Shown here piece by piece: positions 27,789-45,212 of a stretch of DNA of 64,000 nt. A program made the position numbers and the translations under genes. A model generated the notes under the pieces. That model worked only from the letters and a program-made list of their open reading frames with translations. It was not told where the DNA came from and ran no database searches. Numbering within the stretch: the first letter of the stretch is position 1; every line of letters starts with the position of its first letter. Origin of the DNA: the human T2T-CHM13v2.0 reference genome, Homo sapiens; assembly GCF_009914755.1 (NCBI RefSeq), contig NC_060931.1. One strand, given 5' to 3'.

Positions 27789-28828
27789 TATTTAAAAAAT
27801 CTTAATGGCAAACTGAAAACTGTATAACTAAATCATATAAATGTTAAAAGTGATGAAATTCAGTTGTAGAAACGCAACAAAGCAAAAATGCTAATAGAAA
27901 CAAAATAGGTTTCAGTTACTCATTTTAGAGTAAAATAGGTTTTAATAACTGGACTTCCTTATTATCCAATATTATTTAAATTGTAATTCATATTTTAAGT
28001 TCATAGAGAATCAAAAAGCAGAGGTAGATTTACTTTCTATACATATGGAACATTTTAGAACAAATGATAGGATAACCCAATTCTTACATCTACTGATGAA
28101 AAACTTTCTTTCAAAAATAATATTCTTGCCCTTCTAAGAAGCAGTTCTATCCTGAGGTATGATTGTATAGGCATTTTTAAGACCTGGCACAGGTCTCTGG
28201 CACAAATTTACTGTAAAACGTGGACAATCAACATTACCTCACCAGGTCTGTTACCCTTGCTGATAATGAAGAGGCTGGAGTCAATCATCTCAAAGCACTG
28301 AAATTCTGAGATGTACGTGAGACAGACAGCATACGGAAATCACATGGGCTTTATAGGATGTCTATTACAAGATGGAGTAATGAGGACCAGCTTTTTCCTC
28401 CAAGGATGAGACAGAGACAAAATATATGAAACAACAGCATTCCAGACACTGGGCATCTGGCAATAAAGGACTGCAATCCCTGAGAGATGGGAAATAAATG
28501 AGGTGATCTCAATGATTACAATTCCGTTTAGAGAGACTCCAGGCACTAGGTCTTCTCTCCCTGAGTTGAGAAGATTGAGCTAGGAGTTTGGGAAGTCCAA
28601 TGTGGCTAGAGTTCATAGAGCAAATTTCTGGAAAGGAGAGAACTACACAGAGAGACAGAGAGCTTGGGAGATCTGCAGATGGTCGCCTCAAGTCTTCAGC
28701 TGAATTCTGATCTGTGCGACAGAGACCATCTGAGGCCTGGAAAAGAACCACTCAAAACAATGAGAGGAAACAATCTCCAGAGGTCACACAGGGCCTATAA
28801 AACCACAGTTAACTTAGAAGAATTTTGC

Positions 28829-29108
28829 AGCCAGGTGTGGTGGCTTATGTCTGTCATCCTAAAACTCTGGGAGGCTGAGGTGGCCGGATTGCTTGAGGCC
28901 AGGACTTCAAGCCTGGCCTGGGCAACATGGCAAAACCCATCTCTACAAAAAATACAAAAATTAGCCAGGTGTGGTGGTGCCCACCTGTGGTCCTAGTTAC
29001 TCAGGAGGCTGAGGTGGGAAGGTTGTTTGAGCCCAGGAGGTCAAGGCTGCAGCGAGCCGTGACTGTACCTTGGCACTCCAGCCTGGGCAACAGAGCAAGA
29101 TCCTGTCT

Positions 29109-29129
<21 letters not shown>
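28829..29129 (+). mobile_element. AluJ
   Basis: Full-length Alu with poly(A). Confidence 0.9.
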
Positions 29130-29139
<10 letters not shown>

Positions 29140-29573
29140 AAAAAGAAAAGAAGAGGTTTTGTGCTTCAAGTAGTGAAAAAGAAGAGTTTTTTGCTTCACT
29201 AGTGGAGAAAAGTAAGCTGTAGGCTAAATGCTACTCTAATCCTGCCTAACAAAGTATAAGACCTGAAAAAATGGATCCCAGAACAAAGCTCAAAAATATT
29301 TATAGGAATAAAATAATGTTCAGTATCCAATAAAGTGAAATCTATAATGTCTGGCATCCAATTAAAAATTATCAGACATGAAAAGACACAGGATGGAATA
29401 TACACAGGATGAATATATAATACTGGAAGAAAAAAAATCAATCAAAACCAACCTAGGAATCACAGAAATAATAGTCCTAGTAAACAAGGATAGTAAGACA
29501 ATATAAACATATTATCTGTTGACAAAGCTAGAGGAAAGATTAAGTATGTTAAGAAAGACATGGTAGATACTAA

Positions 29574-29800
<227 letters not shown>

Positions 29801-30100
29801 GAAAAAACCCAAATTCTAATCAAACTTCTAGAGACAGAAACTACATGTCCGAGATGAAAAATATACTGGGTGGGATTAACATCAGATTATATCTTGCAAC
29901 ACTCAAAGACAAAGCAATAGATACTATCCAAAATCAAACACAAAGAGAAAATAAAAACTGGAGAAAGAAAGGAAGGAAGGAAGGAAGGAAGGAAGAATAG
30001 AGCATCAGTGAGCTGCAAAACAATGTCAGTATCCTAATGCATGTGTAATGAAAGTCGCCAAAGGGCCTGTAGAGTCAGAGAAATTTAAAAAAATAATAGT

Positions 30101-30397
30101 GGCTGGGTATGGTGGCTCACACCTGTAATCCCGGCACTTTGGGAGGCTGAAGCGCGCAGATAAGTTGAGCTCAGGGGTTTGAGACCAGCCTCGGCAACAT
30201 GGCAAAACCCCGTCTCTACTAAAAATACAGAAATTAGCCGAGAGTGGTGGCGGGCACCTGCAGTCCCAACTACTGGGGAGGCTGAAGCACGAGAATTGCC
30301 TGAACTCAGGATGCAGAGATTGCAGTGAGCCAAGATCACACCACTGCACTTCAGCCTGGGCAAAACTCTGTCCCCGCCACACCCCCCGAAAAAAAAA
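30101..30397 (+). mobile_element. Alu (J/S)
   Basis: Full-length Alu. Confidence 0.9.
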
Positions 30398-30668
30398 GAG
30401 AGAGAAAGAAATAATAGCAAAAAAAAATTTCCAACTGTGATGAAAACTATTTGATTCAAGAAGCTCAACAAACTCCAAACAAAAGAAACATGACATGAAC
30501 TATACTATACCTAGGCATATCATAATCAAATTGTTTAAAACCAGTGATAAAGAGAAATCTTAAAAGCAGCTTGAGATAAAAAGACACATTATATACAGAG
30601 GAAGATAAAAACGACAGCAGATTTCTCAACAGAAAACTATGGAGCAATATCATTAAAAGACTGGTAGA

Positions 30669-30963
30669 GGCCACGCACAGTGGCTCACGCCCGCAATCTC
30701 AACACTTTAGGAGGCCAAGGCAAAAGGATCACTTGAGCCCAGGAGTTCAAGACTGGCTTGGACAATATAGGGAGGCCCTGTCTCTGCAAAAAATTAAAAA
30801 ATTAGCCGGGCATGGTGACATGTGCTTCTGGTCCCAGCTACTCGAGAGGCTGAGGTGGGAGGATTGCTTGGGTCCAGGAAGTCAAGGCTTCAGTGAGCTG
30901 TGATCACACCACTACACTCTAGCCTGGGTGACACAGTGAGACCCTGTCTCAAAAAACAAAAAA
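30669..30963 (+). mobile_element. AluJ
   Basis: Full-length Alu. Confidence 0.9.
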
Positions 30964-31026
30964 GTCTCTTGGAAAAAAAAAAACTTATTAATCTAGAATT
31001 GGATTCCCACAAAAATATCTTTCTAT

Positions 31027-31357
<331 letters not shown>

Positions 31358-31846
31358 TGAAGGTGAAATAAAATATTCATCAGTCATATAAAGGTTTGGC
31401 AGTCAGACATACCTAGGTTTAAATCTTGCTCTGTCTCTTACTAGCTGGGTAAGTAATATCAAGTTATTATTTTTATTAATATCAATTTTAATTACCAATT
31501 ATTAAGTGCTTATTATAAATAGGCACATGTATTATGCCAAGTGCTTTATGTATACAGAACCTCATTTAATTCTCACAACTCAGAAAGATAGTTATTATTA
31601 TCCCTGTTTTATAAAAATGCTGGAATTTAAATATAGATTGACTGAACCCAAATCTCTTGCTCTTTACCATTGTCTCACACTACTGGGGCCTCAGTCTCTT
31701 CTGTGTGTAAAATAAAAAGCATAGTAAGTACTTCCCAGAGTTACTGTGAGGACTAAATGAAACGATACATGTGTATCACCCAGTACAATGCCTGACACAC
31801 AGCAGTCACTTAAAGAGTGCTATTGCTATTATACAGTCATACTTAC

Positions 31847-32021
31847 CATACATCTCATCTTCCAACCCATGAACAAAAGCTCCACAAGCTCCTGACTCAA
31901 TCAAGTTCACAGCCCCGGTATCTACTTCTTCCTTGGGAGCATCATCTTCCCACTTTCTGCCACTGGAAAACTCCCCTGAACTGTAAAGTTCCTTGGCACG
32001 CTCATGTGCAGTACGTTTCCT
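31847..32021 (-). pseudogene. INTS4: INTS4 exon (probably exon 10), 175 nt
   Basis: cctctgcag|AGG...TATG|gtaagt; translates RKRTAHERAKELYSSGEFSSGRKWEDDAPKEEVDTGAVNLIESGACGAFVHGLEDEMY. Confidence 0.93.
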
Positions 32022-32391
32022 CTGCAGAGGACAACAACAATTACCAATTGTAGGAGGTTCATGAAGGAACACTAAGATGAACCCTGAGAACATGGGAAGG
32101 CAGAAAATAAAACTGCTCTTTGAGAGTTACGTTTGTAAAAATTATCAGTAGTTCATACAAGAGAAATGCAAATTCAACTTAAAATGAAACCAAAGCCTTG
32201 CTGGTCTATAATAGCTGAAAGTACCTAATTAAAGAGGATAAAGATAGCTGAAGAATGTGTTAAGAAAGTTGGTTATGTTTGCTGTGGCAGCAACATAGGA
32301 AAAGAGAGAGCCAGAGAGGCAAATAATGGCAGTGCCCCTCCAAAAAACCATCTTGGGTAGACAATACATTGACTCTAAGAAAACAATTATC

Positions 32392-32650
32392 GGGCAGGGA
32401 GCAGGTGGCTCACACCTGTAATCCCAGCACTTTGGGAGGCCAAGGCAGGCTGATCATGAGGTCAGGAGATTGAGACCATCCTGGCCAACATGTTGAAACT
32501 CCATCTTTACTCTAAGTACAAAAATTAGCTGGGCGTGGTGGCACGTGCCTGTAGTCCCAGCTACTCAGGAGGTGGAGGTTGCAGTGAGCCGAGATCATGC
32601 CACTGCACTCCAGCCTGGCGACAGAGTGAGACTCTGCCTCAAAAAAAAAA
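32392..32650 (+). mobile_element. AluS with internal deletion in right arm
   Basis: ctactcagga|ggtggaggtt skips ~30 nt of consensus. Confidence 0.88.
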
Positions 32651-32861
32651 ATTATCTTCAGTCCCAGTAAAAGTATTTTTCTATTTGGCAACATTGCGTT
32701 CTATTTCAGCTACAGTACAGTCACTAAATAATCTAGTAAACTCACTTTACACAGAGATTGCCTAAGGTGGAATATACCGGTTAGTGTATCCAGTCCACTT
32801 GACAGTTATGGTTCTCATCACAAATGAATGACCTGGCACTCTGCTTTATACATCAGCCTCT

Positions 32862-33091
32862 CATGAAACCCCATCTCTAAAAAACTACAAAAAATTAGCC
32901 GGGTGTGGTGGTACACACCTGTAGTCCCAGCTACTCAGGAGGCCGACGTGAGAGGATCACTTGAGCCCAGGAGGCAGAGGTTGCAGTGAACCAAGATCGC
33001 ACCACTGCACTCCAGCCTGGGCGACAGAGCGAGACCCTGTCTCAAACAAAACAAAACAAAACAAAACAAAACAAACAAACAAACAAAAAAA
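32862..33091 (+). mobile_element. 5'-truncated Alu with (CAAAA)n tail
   Basis: Right arm plus microsatellite tail. Confidence 0.88.
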
Positions 33092-33352
33092 CCACGCACC
33101 AGAAAAAGAGCTGAGAGACATATACCAAAATGACCAAAGTCATTATATTAGGGTAGCAGGCATATGGGTAAATTGTTTTCCTTTCCCTTATCAAAAATTC
33201 TACAACTCTATAATATCACTTTTATAATTTCAAAATTGAGGTACTAACAATGAATGTACATATTATTTTCTCAGACTCAAATTTGGTTCTGCAAACCACG
33301 TTAGTGAACCATCACAATCAAAGCTTAAGGGCATTTCATAAGAGGCATTTGG

Positions 33353-33647
33353 GGCCGGGCACAATGGCTCACATCTGTAATCCCAGCACTTTGGGAGGCA
33401 GAGGCAAGAAGACTGCCTGGGCTCAGGAGTTCAAGACCAACATGAGGAACAGAGCAAGACCTCATCTCTACTAAAGATAAAAAAAATTAGCTGGGCATGG
33501 TGAGGTATGCTTGTAGTCCCAGCTACTCAGGAGGGTGAGGTGGGAGGAATGCTTGAGCCCAGGAGATCAAAGTTGCATTGAGTAATGATTGTGCCACTGC
33601 GTTCCAGCCTGGGCAACAGAGTGAGACCCAGTTTCAAAAAAAAAAGA
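33353..33647 (+). mobile_element. AluJ
   Basis: Full-length Alu. Confidence 0.9.
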
Positions 33648-33825
33648 AGAAAAAATGGCGTGGGGTGGGGGGTATTTTGTTACTGTTTGGAGAAAGGCTT
33701 TACTCAGTCTTCCATGGTAACTGCTGCTGAAAAGGAGTCCTAAAATGTCATACCATCTCACAAAATGAGAATGGGCCTTTGTAGTTCCTAACAAATAGAA
33801 AATTAATCTTTTGGGGTTTTCTGGG

Positions 33826-34140
33826 GGTTTTTTGTTGTTGTTTTTTGGGTTTTGTTTTTTGAGACAGAGTCCCACTCTGTTGCCTAGGCTGGAGTGCAGT
33901 GGTGCGATCTCGGCTCACTGCAACCTCTGGTCTCCAGGGTTCAAGTGATTCTCTGCCTCAGTCACCCAAGTAGCTGGGACTACAGGCACATGCCACCACA
34001 CCTAGCTAATTTTTGTTTTTTAGTTGAGACGGAGTTCATCATGTTGGCCGGACTGGTCTCAAACTCCCGGCCGCAAGTGATCTACCTGCCTCAGCCTCCC
34101 AAAGTGCTGGGATTACAGGTGTGAGCCACTGCACCTGGCT
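33826..34140 (-). mobile_element. AluS
   Basis: Full-length Alu. Confidence 0.9.
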
Positions 34141-34387
34141 TAGAAAATTAATCTTGCCTCTTTTTTGTAAAGCATAACCTGTGCAAAGTATTTCATTACA
34201 ATAATACGAAATTTAATGAAGTCACTTGTTATTTGCTTCAATTTACTAAGATTTTAAATTAAAATGTAATACAGTTCTCATACGTTAATTTAACAAATGC
34301 TGCTAAGTTAAATCAACACAACTCACAATACTGCCCCCCTACATTGGTTACAGAAACCCAGTTTAAACAACGAAGAATAAAAGGTAC

Positions 34388-34459
34388 CCTCAGATCTGAC
34401 ATCAGCTTCTTGTCAAGGGTCTGCTCCAAGAAATGAGAACTGACTTGCTCCATAGAGCC
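34388..34459 (-). pseudogene. INTS4: INTS4 exon (probably exon 9), 72 nt
   Basis: tttttatag|GGC...AGG|gtacct; translates GSMEQVSSHFLEQTLDKKLMSDLR. Confidence 0.93.
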
Positions 34460-34627
34460 CTATAAAAAGAAAAATCCAGAGCATATAAAACAACTTTTAT
34501 GATTTGAACATTATCTTAAAATTCAGTCTATAGCCAATTTAAGTGCATAAAGATAATATTATTCATGACAGTAAAGATGCTATGGGTTCTGAATCAGCAG
34601 GAAAATAAAAATATTAGCAGCAGCTAA

Positions 34628-34973
<346 letters not shown>

Positions 34974-37806
34974 ACTATGTGTCATGTACTATTCTAAGGG
35001 CTTTAGACGTATATTAACTCATTTAAATCCTCACTATAACCCTGAGAAGTAAATACTATATTAGTCCCATTTTATATATGGAGAAAAGACACAAAAAGAT
35101 TAAATAACATATTGACGGTCACAAAGAATAAATTCCAGAGCTAGGAGATAAATCCAGCCTCCAAAATCCTTTCCCTTAACGACTACTCTCCACTCCTTTT
35201 CATTCTTCTTTCCATTCATCTGTTCATTCATTCATGCATTCAATTAAACAAATATTTAGCAACCATTCAATTATATGTCTACAGTTACCAGGAACAAGAA
35301 TACAAAAATAAAAAGACAACAGCTGTACACTCAACAATCTCACAGACTAGTAAGGGAAACTGACAAGGTATGCAATGCTGTAATACACATCTATGAATGA
35401 TGACACGGGAATGGAGAGAACAAGCAGTATTAAGGTACAGGCAGGGAGAGGTATACTTGGAGAAATGAAAATCACAGTGCAAATGCCAAGTGGGAAATAT
35501 TAAGTGGTTTTACGAATGGAACGTAAGATAGGGCTCCTGAAAATGAGGCAGTAGAGATAGGATAATAAAGAGCCTTATTTGCCATAGTAAGGGGTTTGCC
35601 TTATAAATAATTGTTACATAATCCCTGTTAAACATCTAATGAGCTTAACAATGTATAAAATATTTTACTTATATTTTTCCAATTTATTCTTCCCAATAAT
35701 CCCATATACCTCTTATCCCCATTTTCTAGATGACAAACGAGGCTGAGATTAGGCAACTTACTCATTTTAAGTAAGGGAGAACATAGATTTATATTTCATA
35801 AAGCCCATCTTGCAACAGTATGACTAATGGACCATAAGGAATCAAAATGAAAGCAAAAAGACTAGTTTCAGAGGCTGTTGGAGCAGGTCCTAGACGTTAA
35901 GAAATTTATCTGAGATCTTCTCTAATTCCTAAGTTAATAAATGCGGAAATGCTTATACAGGCTCAGATCTTTTCTCTAACCAAATTTTTCATAGAAAATT
36001 ACATGTTCCTGGGGAATGTCCTTACTCAAGTTAACACCTTTCCTATGATTCCACAAAAACAACTGCTGTACTATTTTGACTAAAGTAGTTTCAAAACCAC
36101 TTTTTCTTTTGTTACACAGATCTGAGTCAATGTCATATCTAACATCCATTTTTTAAATCCCAACAACAATTTTATAAATAAGAACTATAAACGCTTAAGA
36201 CCTCCTAAATCTCTCTCTACTTTTACCACCAGCATTAGCTGTTGGCTTTTTTCTACTAGAATAAAAGTTTTCATGACTTCACAGTAAGTTGCTTCATCCA
36301 TAATTCCCAGTGCCCTCCTCCAATGCCCTCAGCTGCACGCTCAACCAACACAGCAGCACAGAGGGAGTACTATGCAAATTTGTGCCCCCCAAAATTAAAT
36401 ATCATTACTTGAAATAAATTTTCAATGTCACCTAAGAATAGGTGAAGCTTTCCATTTTAAGTCCACAGACACAGAGTCCTATAGCATAGTAATCCACTTG
36501 AAAAATGGTGAGATGTCTATTACTGCAGGACCAGTGGAAATGGAGAAGGGATGGATTTAGGGGATGTCAAGAAGGAAGAACTGATATGAGTTGTGACTCA
36601 ATGGATGTAAGACATAGAAAAACTATTCCTAAATTCCTCTGGTTCATGACTTAGCAGATGATAGTATCACTTACGAAAACATAGAGAAACAGATTTGGAC
36701 CAAAAAGATAATGAGTTCATTATAAAGTGCACCTCACCAATGAGAAAAAAAGCTACATTCTGGTATACTTTAACCAAGACAAATATGTTTAGATTAAGAT
36801 GGAATCTCTCCAACTGTACTACTAGCACTACTTAACAACCTAAATTTAGGTAGTTAATGCTATGAAAACCTTACTTAACACTGAGAAAACCATTTCACTT
36901 GAGAGCCTTATTAAATGTATGTGAAATTTAGATACAAGATATTTAACAATTATCACACCTGCTTGAAGAGCAAAAACTGCTCAACTGGTATAAATAACAT
37001 AAGTCTATGCAACTGGGTGATAAGTACATCAGACATAAAACTGCCACTAACTAGGAATATCTGCATTTACCCTGGGAAAGACCAGTCATGGGCAGACTTA
37101 CAGGCATAAAAGTCTATAACCTAACAGTCTGAAAATGTTGTAATTTTCAAGGTCAATGACTTCTTAAGGCTTATAAAAGTAGTGATTGTATTCTAAATAG
37201 TCCCATGAATCTGCTTACTGGGACCTCAAGTTTCTTTGCCCCACAAAGAGGGCAGTTATAAATAAGTAAAAGCTAACCTCTTTTACATGGTTTTGAATTT
37301 TCTGATATAACACATATCAGAAAATTTTTCATACGCTATAAGCCAAAGGGATTGGAAACTATTCACTTTTTAAGCAAGATAGACTCGAGGCTACAAAGCT
37401 AAGTTGTTGCAGAACCTGGCTTCTGTTTTCCTCTCCAACTTACCTCATTACAGATCCCCTATATTGAACATTACCCCCCAACTAGAAAGCACTAGACTGC
37501 TTGTAGTTTAGTATGATATTGCAGCTTAGTATATTGCTATGCATGATAATGTACTGCTTTTATATCCCTGCTCATATTTTCTCTTTCTCTGCATTGCTAC
37601 CTAGTTACTCATCCTTCAAAACTCAGTTCAGAGATCAGCTCCTCCAAGAAGGCTTCTGTGGTTGTGGTTGGTGCTCTTTCCTACCAGTACCAGGTATTGT
37701 TATTCACTGATTAGCTATCCCTGGCTACCTGACTGTCAACTTCGTTGCAGACAGAAACTGTCCTCGGTGTTTGTCGATTTGCTGAACAGGTGATCTAAAG
37801 ATTATA

Positions 37807-38069
37807 CAGGTTGAACATCCCAATTCCAAAAATCTGAAATCCAAAATGCTCCAAAATCCAAAACTTTTTGAGTACCAACATGATGCTCAAAGGAAATGTT
37901 CACTGGAGCACTTCAGATTTTGGATTTTGGAGCATATTTCAGATTTGGGATGCCCAACAAGTAAGTCTAATACAAATAAAATATTCCAAAATCCAAAAAC
38001 AAAACAAAACAAAACAAAATCCAAAACACTTCTGGTCTCAAGCATTTTGGATAGGGGATACTCAATCTG
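37807..38069. mobile_element. Tigger4a/MER46-like DNA transposon
   Basis: TA|CAGGTTGAACATCCC...GGGATACTCAATCTG|TA. Confidence 0.85.
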
Positions 38070-39614
38070 TATGCAGATTTGTTTAAAAAAAATGGCTCAC
38101 CAGAGTTACCTGGCACACATCACCCACAACAAAAAGAGACCAAAATAACAAATAACTATATTTCAACTAAAATGACTGTAGATATATGCTGCAGAGCACC
38201 AGAGAAAGGGCAAAATCCCTGTGGAACATGGAAGCCTCAGGATAGCACCACAGGGTGAGGCTTCCTACCTGCCACATTGTCTCCCTTGCCAAAATCAGCT
38301 TAAAATCAGAGGAACTTCTTACAGGGAAAGAGTAAGCTGGAGATACCTATCAGTGGTCCCCACTGCTGCCACAGGCACCAGCAATTCTTGATAAAGGACA
38401 GTCCTTAAGTCCTCAGTGGCCACAAATCCAGTCTGGAGAGTAGCCAAGAGATCATTCAGCTGTATTGCCTCAGAGTGGGAGCCCACCTTGTCCTAAGCTG
38501 CTGTAGCATGGCACCAAGTTGAAGCTAGACTCACTACTAGTGTGCATCCTGCCCTGGGGACCAGTAGCAACTGACTCTCTTCATCCCTGAGAACCAGCCA
38601 TCATTCTACCGTGATCACACGATGGCCTGCAGCACCATAACCCCATCCACATAGAGTCTAGGTCAAACAGAGTGACGATGATTTCAGCATCAGACCCCAC
38701 ACAGCGCTACCAACCACCCAGAAAACAGGCAGACCTGCACAGCAAGGAAGCCATCAAATAGATAGCTGGCAGCGCTTTACCCAACACCCCTGTTCCATAC
38801 AACCATCTGGGCTGCCAAGTATGCATGCGCCAGTACTCAGCCAAAAAGCCAATCCTGCGGCAGCCCTACTTCCTCACAACCCATCACAGAACCACCTGCC
38901 CACGCCCTGCCTGATAGCTGGCAATTCAGTGGTCCTGTCCCCTAAAACAGGCCACAATAGAGTCCCACAGTCCCACAGCACACAGTCCAACTGGTCCTGT
39001 GGTAGCCCTGGCCCCCTACCATAGACTGCTGCCAAACTGCCCAGCCCCACTGCACAAAAGCATTTGAGCCTAGCCCAAAGCAACAGCCAACCAGGCAGTA
39101 GCCCCATCTCCCTACATAGCCACAGAGCTGCCCAGCAGGCCGCTGCAGCAAAGGCCTGAGCCCAGCACGACAGCCACCACAGCAGTAACTACCGCCTCCC
39201 TGGAAAACCAGATAGACAGCCTGGCAGCCATTTTAGCCTGTACATGTCTTGGCCAAAAATCAGCTCGGTACCCTCATCTTATAGCATTGCCATCACAAAC
39301 TCCCACAGCCTAGGCAACTGAGGCAATTGCAAACATCAATGACTAGGATTATAGCTGAAGATTACAGCTGAAGCTGACAAGGATTATTACACCACCCATT
39401 GAGTCCACCCAGAACCAAAGGCAACACACCATACCCAGCTAATACCCTAAAACCATCTACAGAAAAAGACTGTTACTATATACTAGCTACTCAATAAAAT
39501 TGAAAAGAGCAACTACGCTACTAAATGCACACATATCAACATCCAGTATCTTGCACACGATAAATGAAAATCAAGGAAACATGACACCCTCAAAGGAATA
39601 CGGTTAAGTCTCCT

Positions 39615-39908
39615 GGCTGGGCGCAGTGGCTCACATCTGTAATCCCAGCACTTTGGGAGGCCAAGACAGCCAGATAGCATGAGCTCAGGAGTTCAAGACC
39701 ATTCTGGGCAACATGGCAAAACCCGTCTCTACAAAATATAAAAAAATTAGTCGGGTGTGGTGGCATGCGCCTGTAGTCCTAGCTACTCAGCAGGCTGAGG
39801 TGGGAGGATCACTTAAACCCAGGAGGAGAAGGTTGCAATGAGCTGAGATCATGCCACTGCCCTTCAGCCTGGGTGACAGAGCAAGACCCTGTCTCAAAAA
39901 AAAAAAAA
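39615..39908 (+). mobile_element. Alu (J/S)
   Basis: TSD aagtctcc. Confidence 0.9.
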
Positions 39909-40981
39909 AGGAAAAAAGTCTCCAATGACAGACCCCAAAGAAAAGGACACTTACAAAATGCCTGAAAAGGAATTCAAAATAGTGATCTAAAGGAAACTCA
40001 GTAAGATACAAGAGAATACAGACAAACAATTAAATGAAATCAGGAAAACAATTCATGATCCGAATGAGCAATTCAACAGAAATCAATATCATAAAAAAGA
40101 ACCAAACAGAAATCTTGGAACTGAAGAATTCAATGAAAAAAATAAAAATAGTATACAATTGAGAGCTTCAACAATAGACTAGGATCAAGCAGAAGAAAGA
40201 ATTTCTGACCTTGAAGACAGGTCTTTTGAAATAACCCATTAAGAGGGAAAAAAAAAACAAATAAGAATAAAAAAGAAAGCCTTGGAACATATGGGACATC
40301 AATAGGCAAACAAATACTTGCATTGAAGATTGCCTGATGGAGAAGAGATAGAGAAAGGCGCAGAAAACCTATTTGATGAAATGATAGCTGAAAACTTGCC
40401 AAGTAGTGGGAGAAATACGGACATCCAGATTCAGGAAGTTCAAAGGTTCGCAATTACATTCAACCCAAAAAGATCCTCTCCAAGGTGCATTATAATCAAA
40501 CTATCGAAAGTCAAAGAGTAAGACTTTCAAAGCTGCAAGAGAAAATTGTCAAGAGAATCTCCATTACTATCAATAGATTTCTCAGTAGAAACCTTGTAGA
40601 CCAGCAGAGAATGGGATAGAATTAATATATTCAAGGTATTGAATGCTACAACTAGAAACAAAAGGACAATAATCACTATCATAACAACACACAAAAGTGT
40701 AAAACTCACCAGTAAAGGTAAACTCATAAATCAAACAGATCAAACCCCAGTGATACAATATGTCATATAAAATATTCAATCTGCTAGTATGAAGGTTAAA
40801 TTTAAAATGGTCAAAAACTACAACAGCTACAAATAGTAGCTAAGGAACACATAACAGATGAAGAAGAAAATTAAGGCAACAAAAATATAAATTGAAGGGG
40901 GAGGGAAAAAACCTAGGGTCCTTTTATGTAACCAAAGTTGAGTTGCTATCAGCTTAAAACATTCTATTGTAACTGCAAGAC

Positions 40982-41298
<317 letters not shown>

Positions 41299-41489
41299 TA
41301 GAAAAAAGTTACAGCAGATACACAAACAAGAAAGAGAATGAAAACAAAGCTTGGCCCCACAGAAAACCACTAAATCAGAGGTAAACAACAAGAAAGGAAG
41401 ACAAGAACAAAGGATCTCCAAAACCACCAAAAAGTAATTAACAAAATGGCAGGAATAAGACCTTATCTATCAATAACAATCCTGAATAT

Positions 41490-41848
<359 letters not shown>

Positions 41849-42350
41849 TTAAGTTCTTCAATTAAAAGGTACACTACAGCCTGGGCAACAGAGAGACACC
41901 CTGTCTCAAAGAAAGAAAGAAAAAAAAGGTATACATTGGTTGAATAGATTAAAACACAAAATCTAAGTATACATTGCCTAGAAGAAACACGCTTCACAAG
42001 CAAGAATCAAAACATATACCAAAACCTATGGTATGCAACAAAAGCAGTTCTAAGAGATAAGTATACAGCAATAAATGGCTACATCAAAAAAGAAGAACAA
42101 TCTGGTTTTTAATTTTTTTTAGGGACAGTTTCGCTGTTGTCCAGGCTGGAGTCCCCAGGAGTTTGAGGTTGCTGTGAGCTATGACTGTGCAATCGTGGAA
42201 CCGCACTCCAGCCTAGGCAACAGAGCAAGACCCTGACTTAAAGAAAATAAAAAAAGAATAAAATCTTGTAATTTGCCACATCGATTAACCTGGAGGACAT
42301 CATGTAAAGTGAAATAAGCCAGACATGGAAAGACAAATACTGCATGATCT

Positions 42351-43490
42351 AAGACTTAAACATAAGACCTAAAACCATAAAAACCCTAGAAGAAAACCTA
42401 GGCAATACCATTCAGGACATAGGCATGGGCAAAGACTTCATGACTAAAACACCAAAAGCAATGGCAACGAAGCCAAAATTGAGAAATAGGTTCTAATTAA
42501 ACTAAAGAGCTTCTGCACAGCAAAAGAAACTATCATCAGAGTGAATAGGCAACCTACAGAATGGGAGAAAGTTTTTGCAATCTATCCATCTGACAAAGAG
42601 CTAATATCCAGAATCTAAAAAGAACTTAAACAAATTTACAAAAAAAAAAAAACAACAAAACCCCATCAAAAAGTGGGTGAAGGATATGAACAGACACTTC
42701 TTAAAAGAAGACATTTATGCGACCGACAAACATATGAAAGAAAGCTCATCATCACTGGTCATTAGAGAAATGCAAATCAAAACCACAATGAGATACCATC
42801 TCACACCAGTTAGAATGGCAATCATTAAAAAGACAGAAAACCACAGGTGCTGGAGAGGATGTGGAGAAATAGGAACACTTTTACACTGTTGGTGGGAGTG
42901 TAAATTAGTTCAGCCATTGTGGAAGACAGCATGGCGATTCCTCAAGGATCTAGAACCAGAAATACCATTTGACCCAGGAATCCCATTACTGGGTATATAC
43001 CCAAAGGATTATAAATCATTCTACTATAAAAACACATGCACACGTATGTTTATTGCAGCACTGTTCACAACAGCAAAGACTTGGAACCAACCCAAAGGCC
43101 CATCAATGATAGACTGGACAAAGAAAATGTGGCGCATATACACCATGGAATACCATGCAGCCATAAAAAAGGATGAGTTCATGTTCTGTGCAGGGACATG
43201 GATGAAGCTGGAAACCATCACTCTCAGCAAACTAACACAAGAACAGAAAGCCAAATACCATATGTTCTCACTTATAAGTGAGAGTTGAACAATGTGAACA
43301 CATGGACACAAGGAGGGAAACATCACACACCAGGGACTGTCAGAGGGTGGGGGGCTCGGAGAGGGACAGCATTAGGAGAAATACCTAATGTAGATGATAG
43401 GTAGACGGGTGCAGCAAACTACCATGGCACATGTATACCTATGTCACAAACCTGCACGTTCTGCACATGTATCCCAGAACTTAAAGTATT
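42351..43490 (+). mobile_element. L1PA (PA7/8-like) 5'-truncated, nested in an older L1 3' end
   Basis: 203-aa ORF2 C-terminal peptide at 42677-43288 ([18 protein letters not shown]) followed by 3'UTR. Confidence 0.92.
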
Positions 43491-43848
43491 CAGAAAAAAA
43501 TTGATATCATAGAGGCAGAGAGTATAACAGTGGTTAGCAGACACTGGGGAGGGGAGGGAGTAGGAGAGAATGGGAAGAGACTGGACAACAGATACAAAGT
43601 CACAATTAAGAGAAATAAATTCTGGTGTTCAACTGCACATAAAGGTGACTATGATTAACAGGAAAATATTGTATATTACAAAATATACAATATTATAGCT
43701 GTAAGAGAGGCTGTTGAAAGTTCATGACAAAGAAATGATAAATATATGATGTGATAACTATACTAACTATCCTGATTGGATTAATATTCAACATAGATGT
43801 GTATCAAAACATCAACTTGTGCCCCATATATACAATGTGTCAATTTTT

Positions 43849-45212
<1,364 letters not shown>

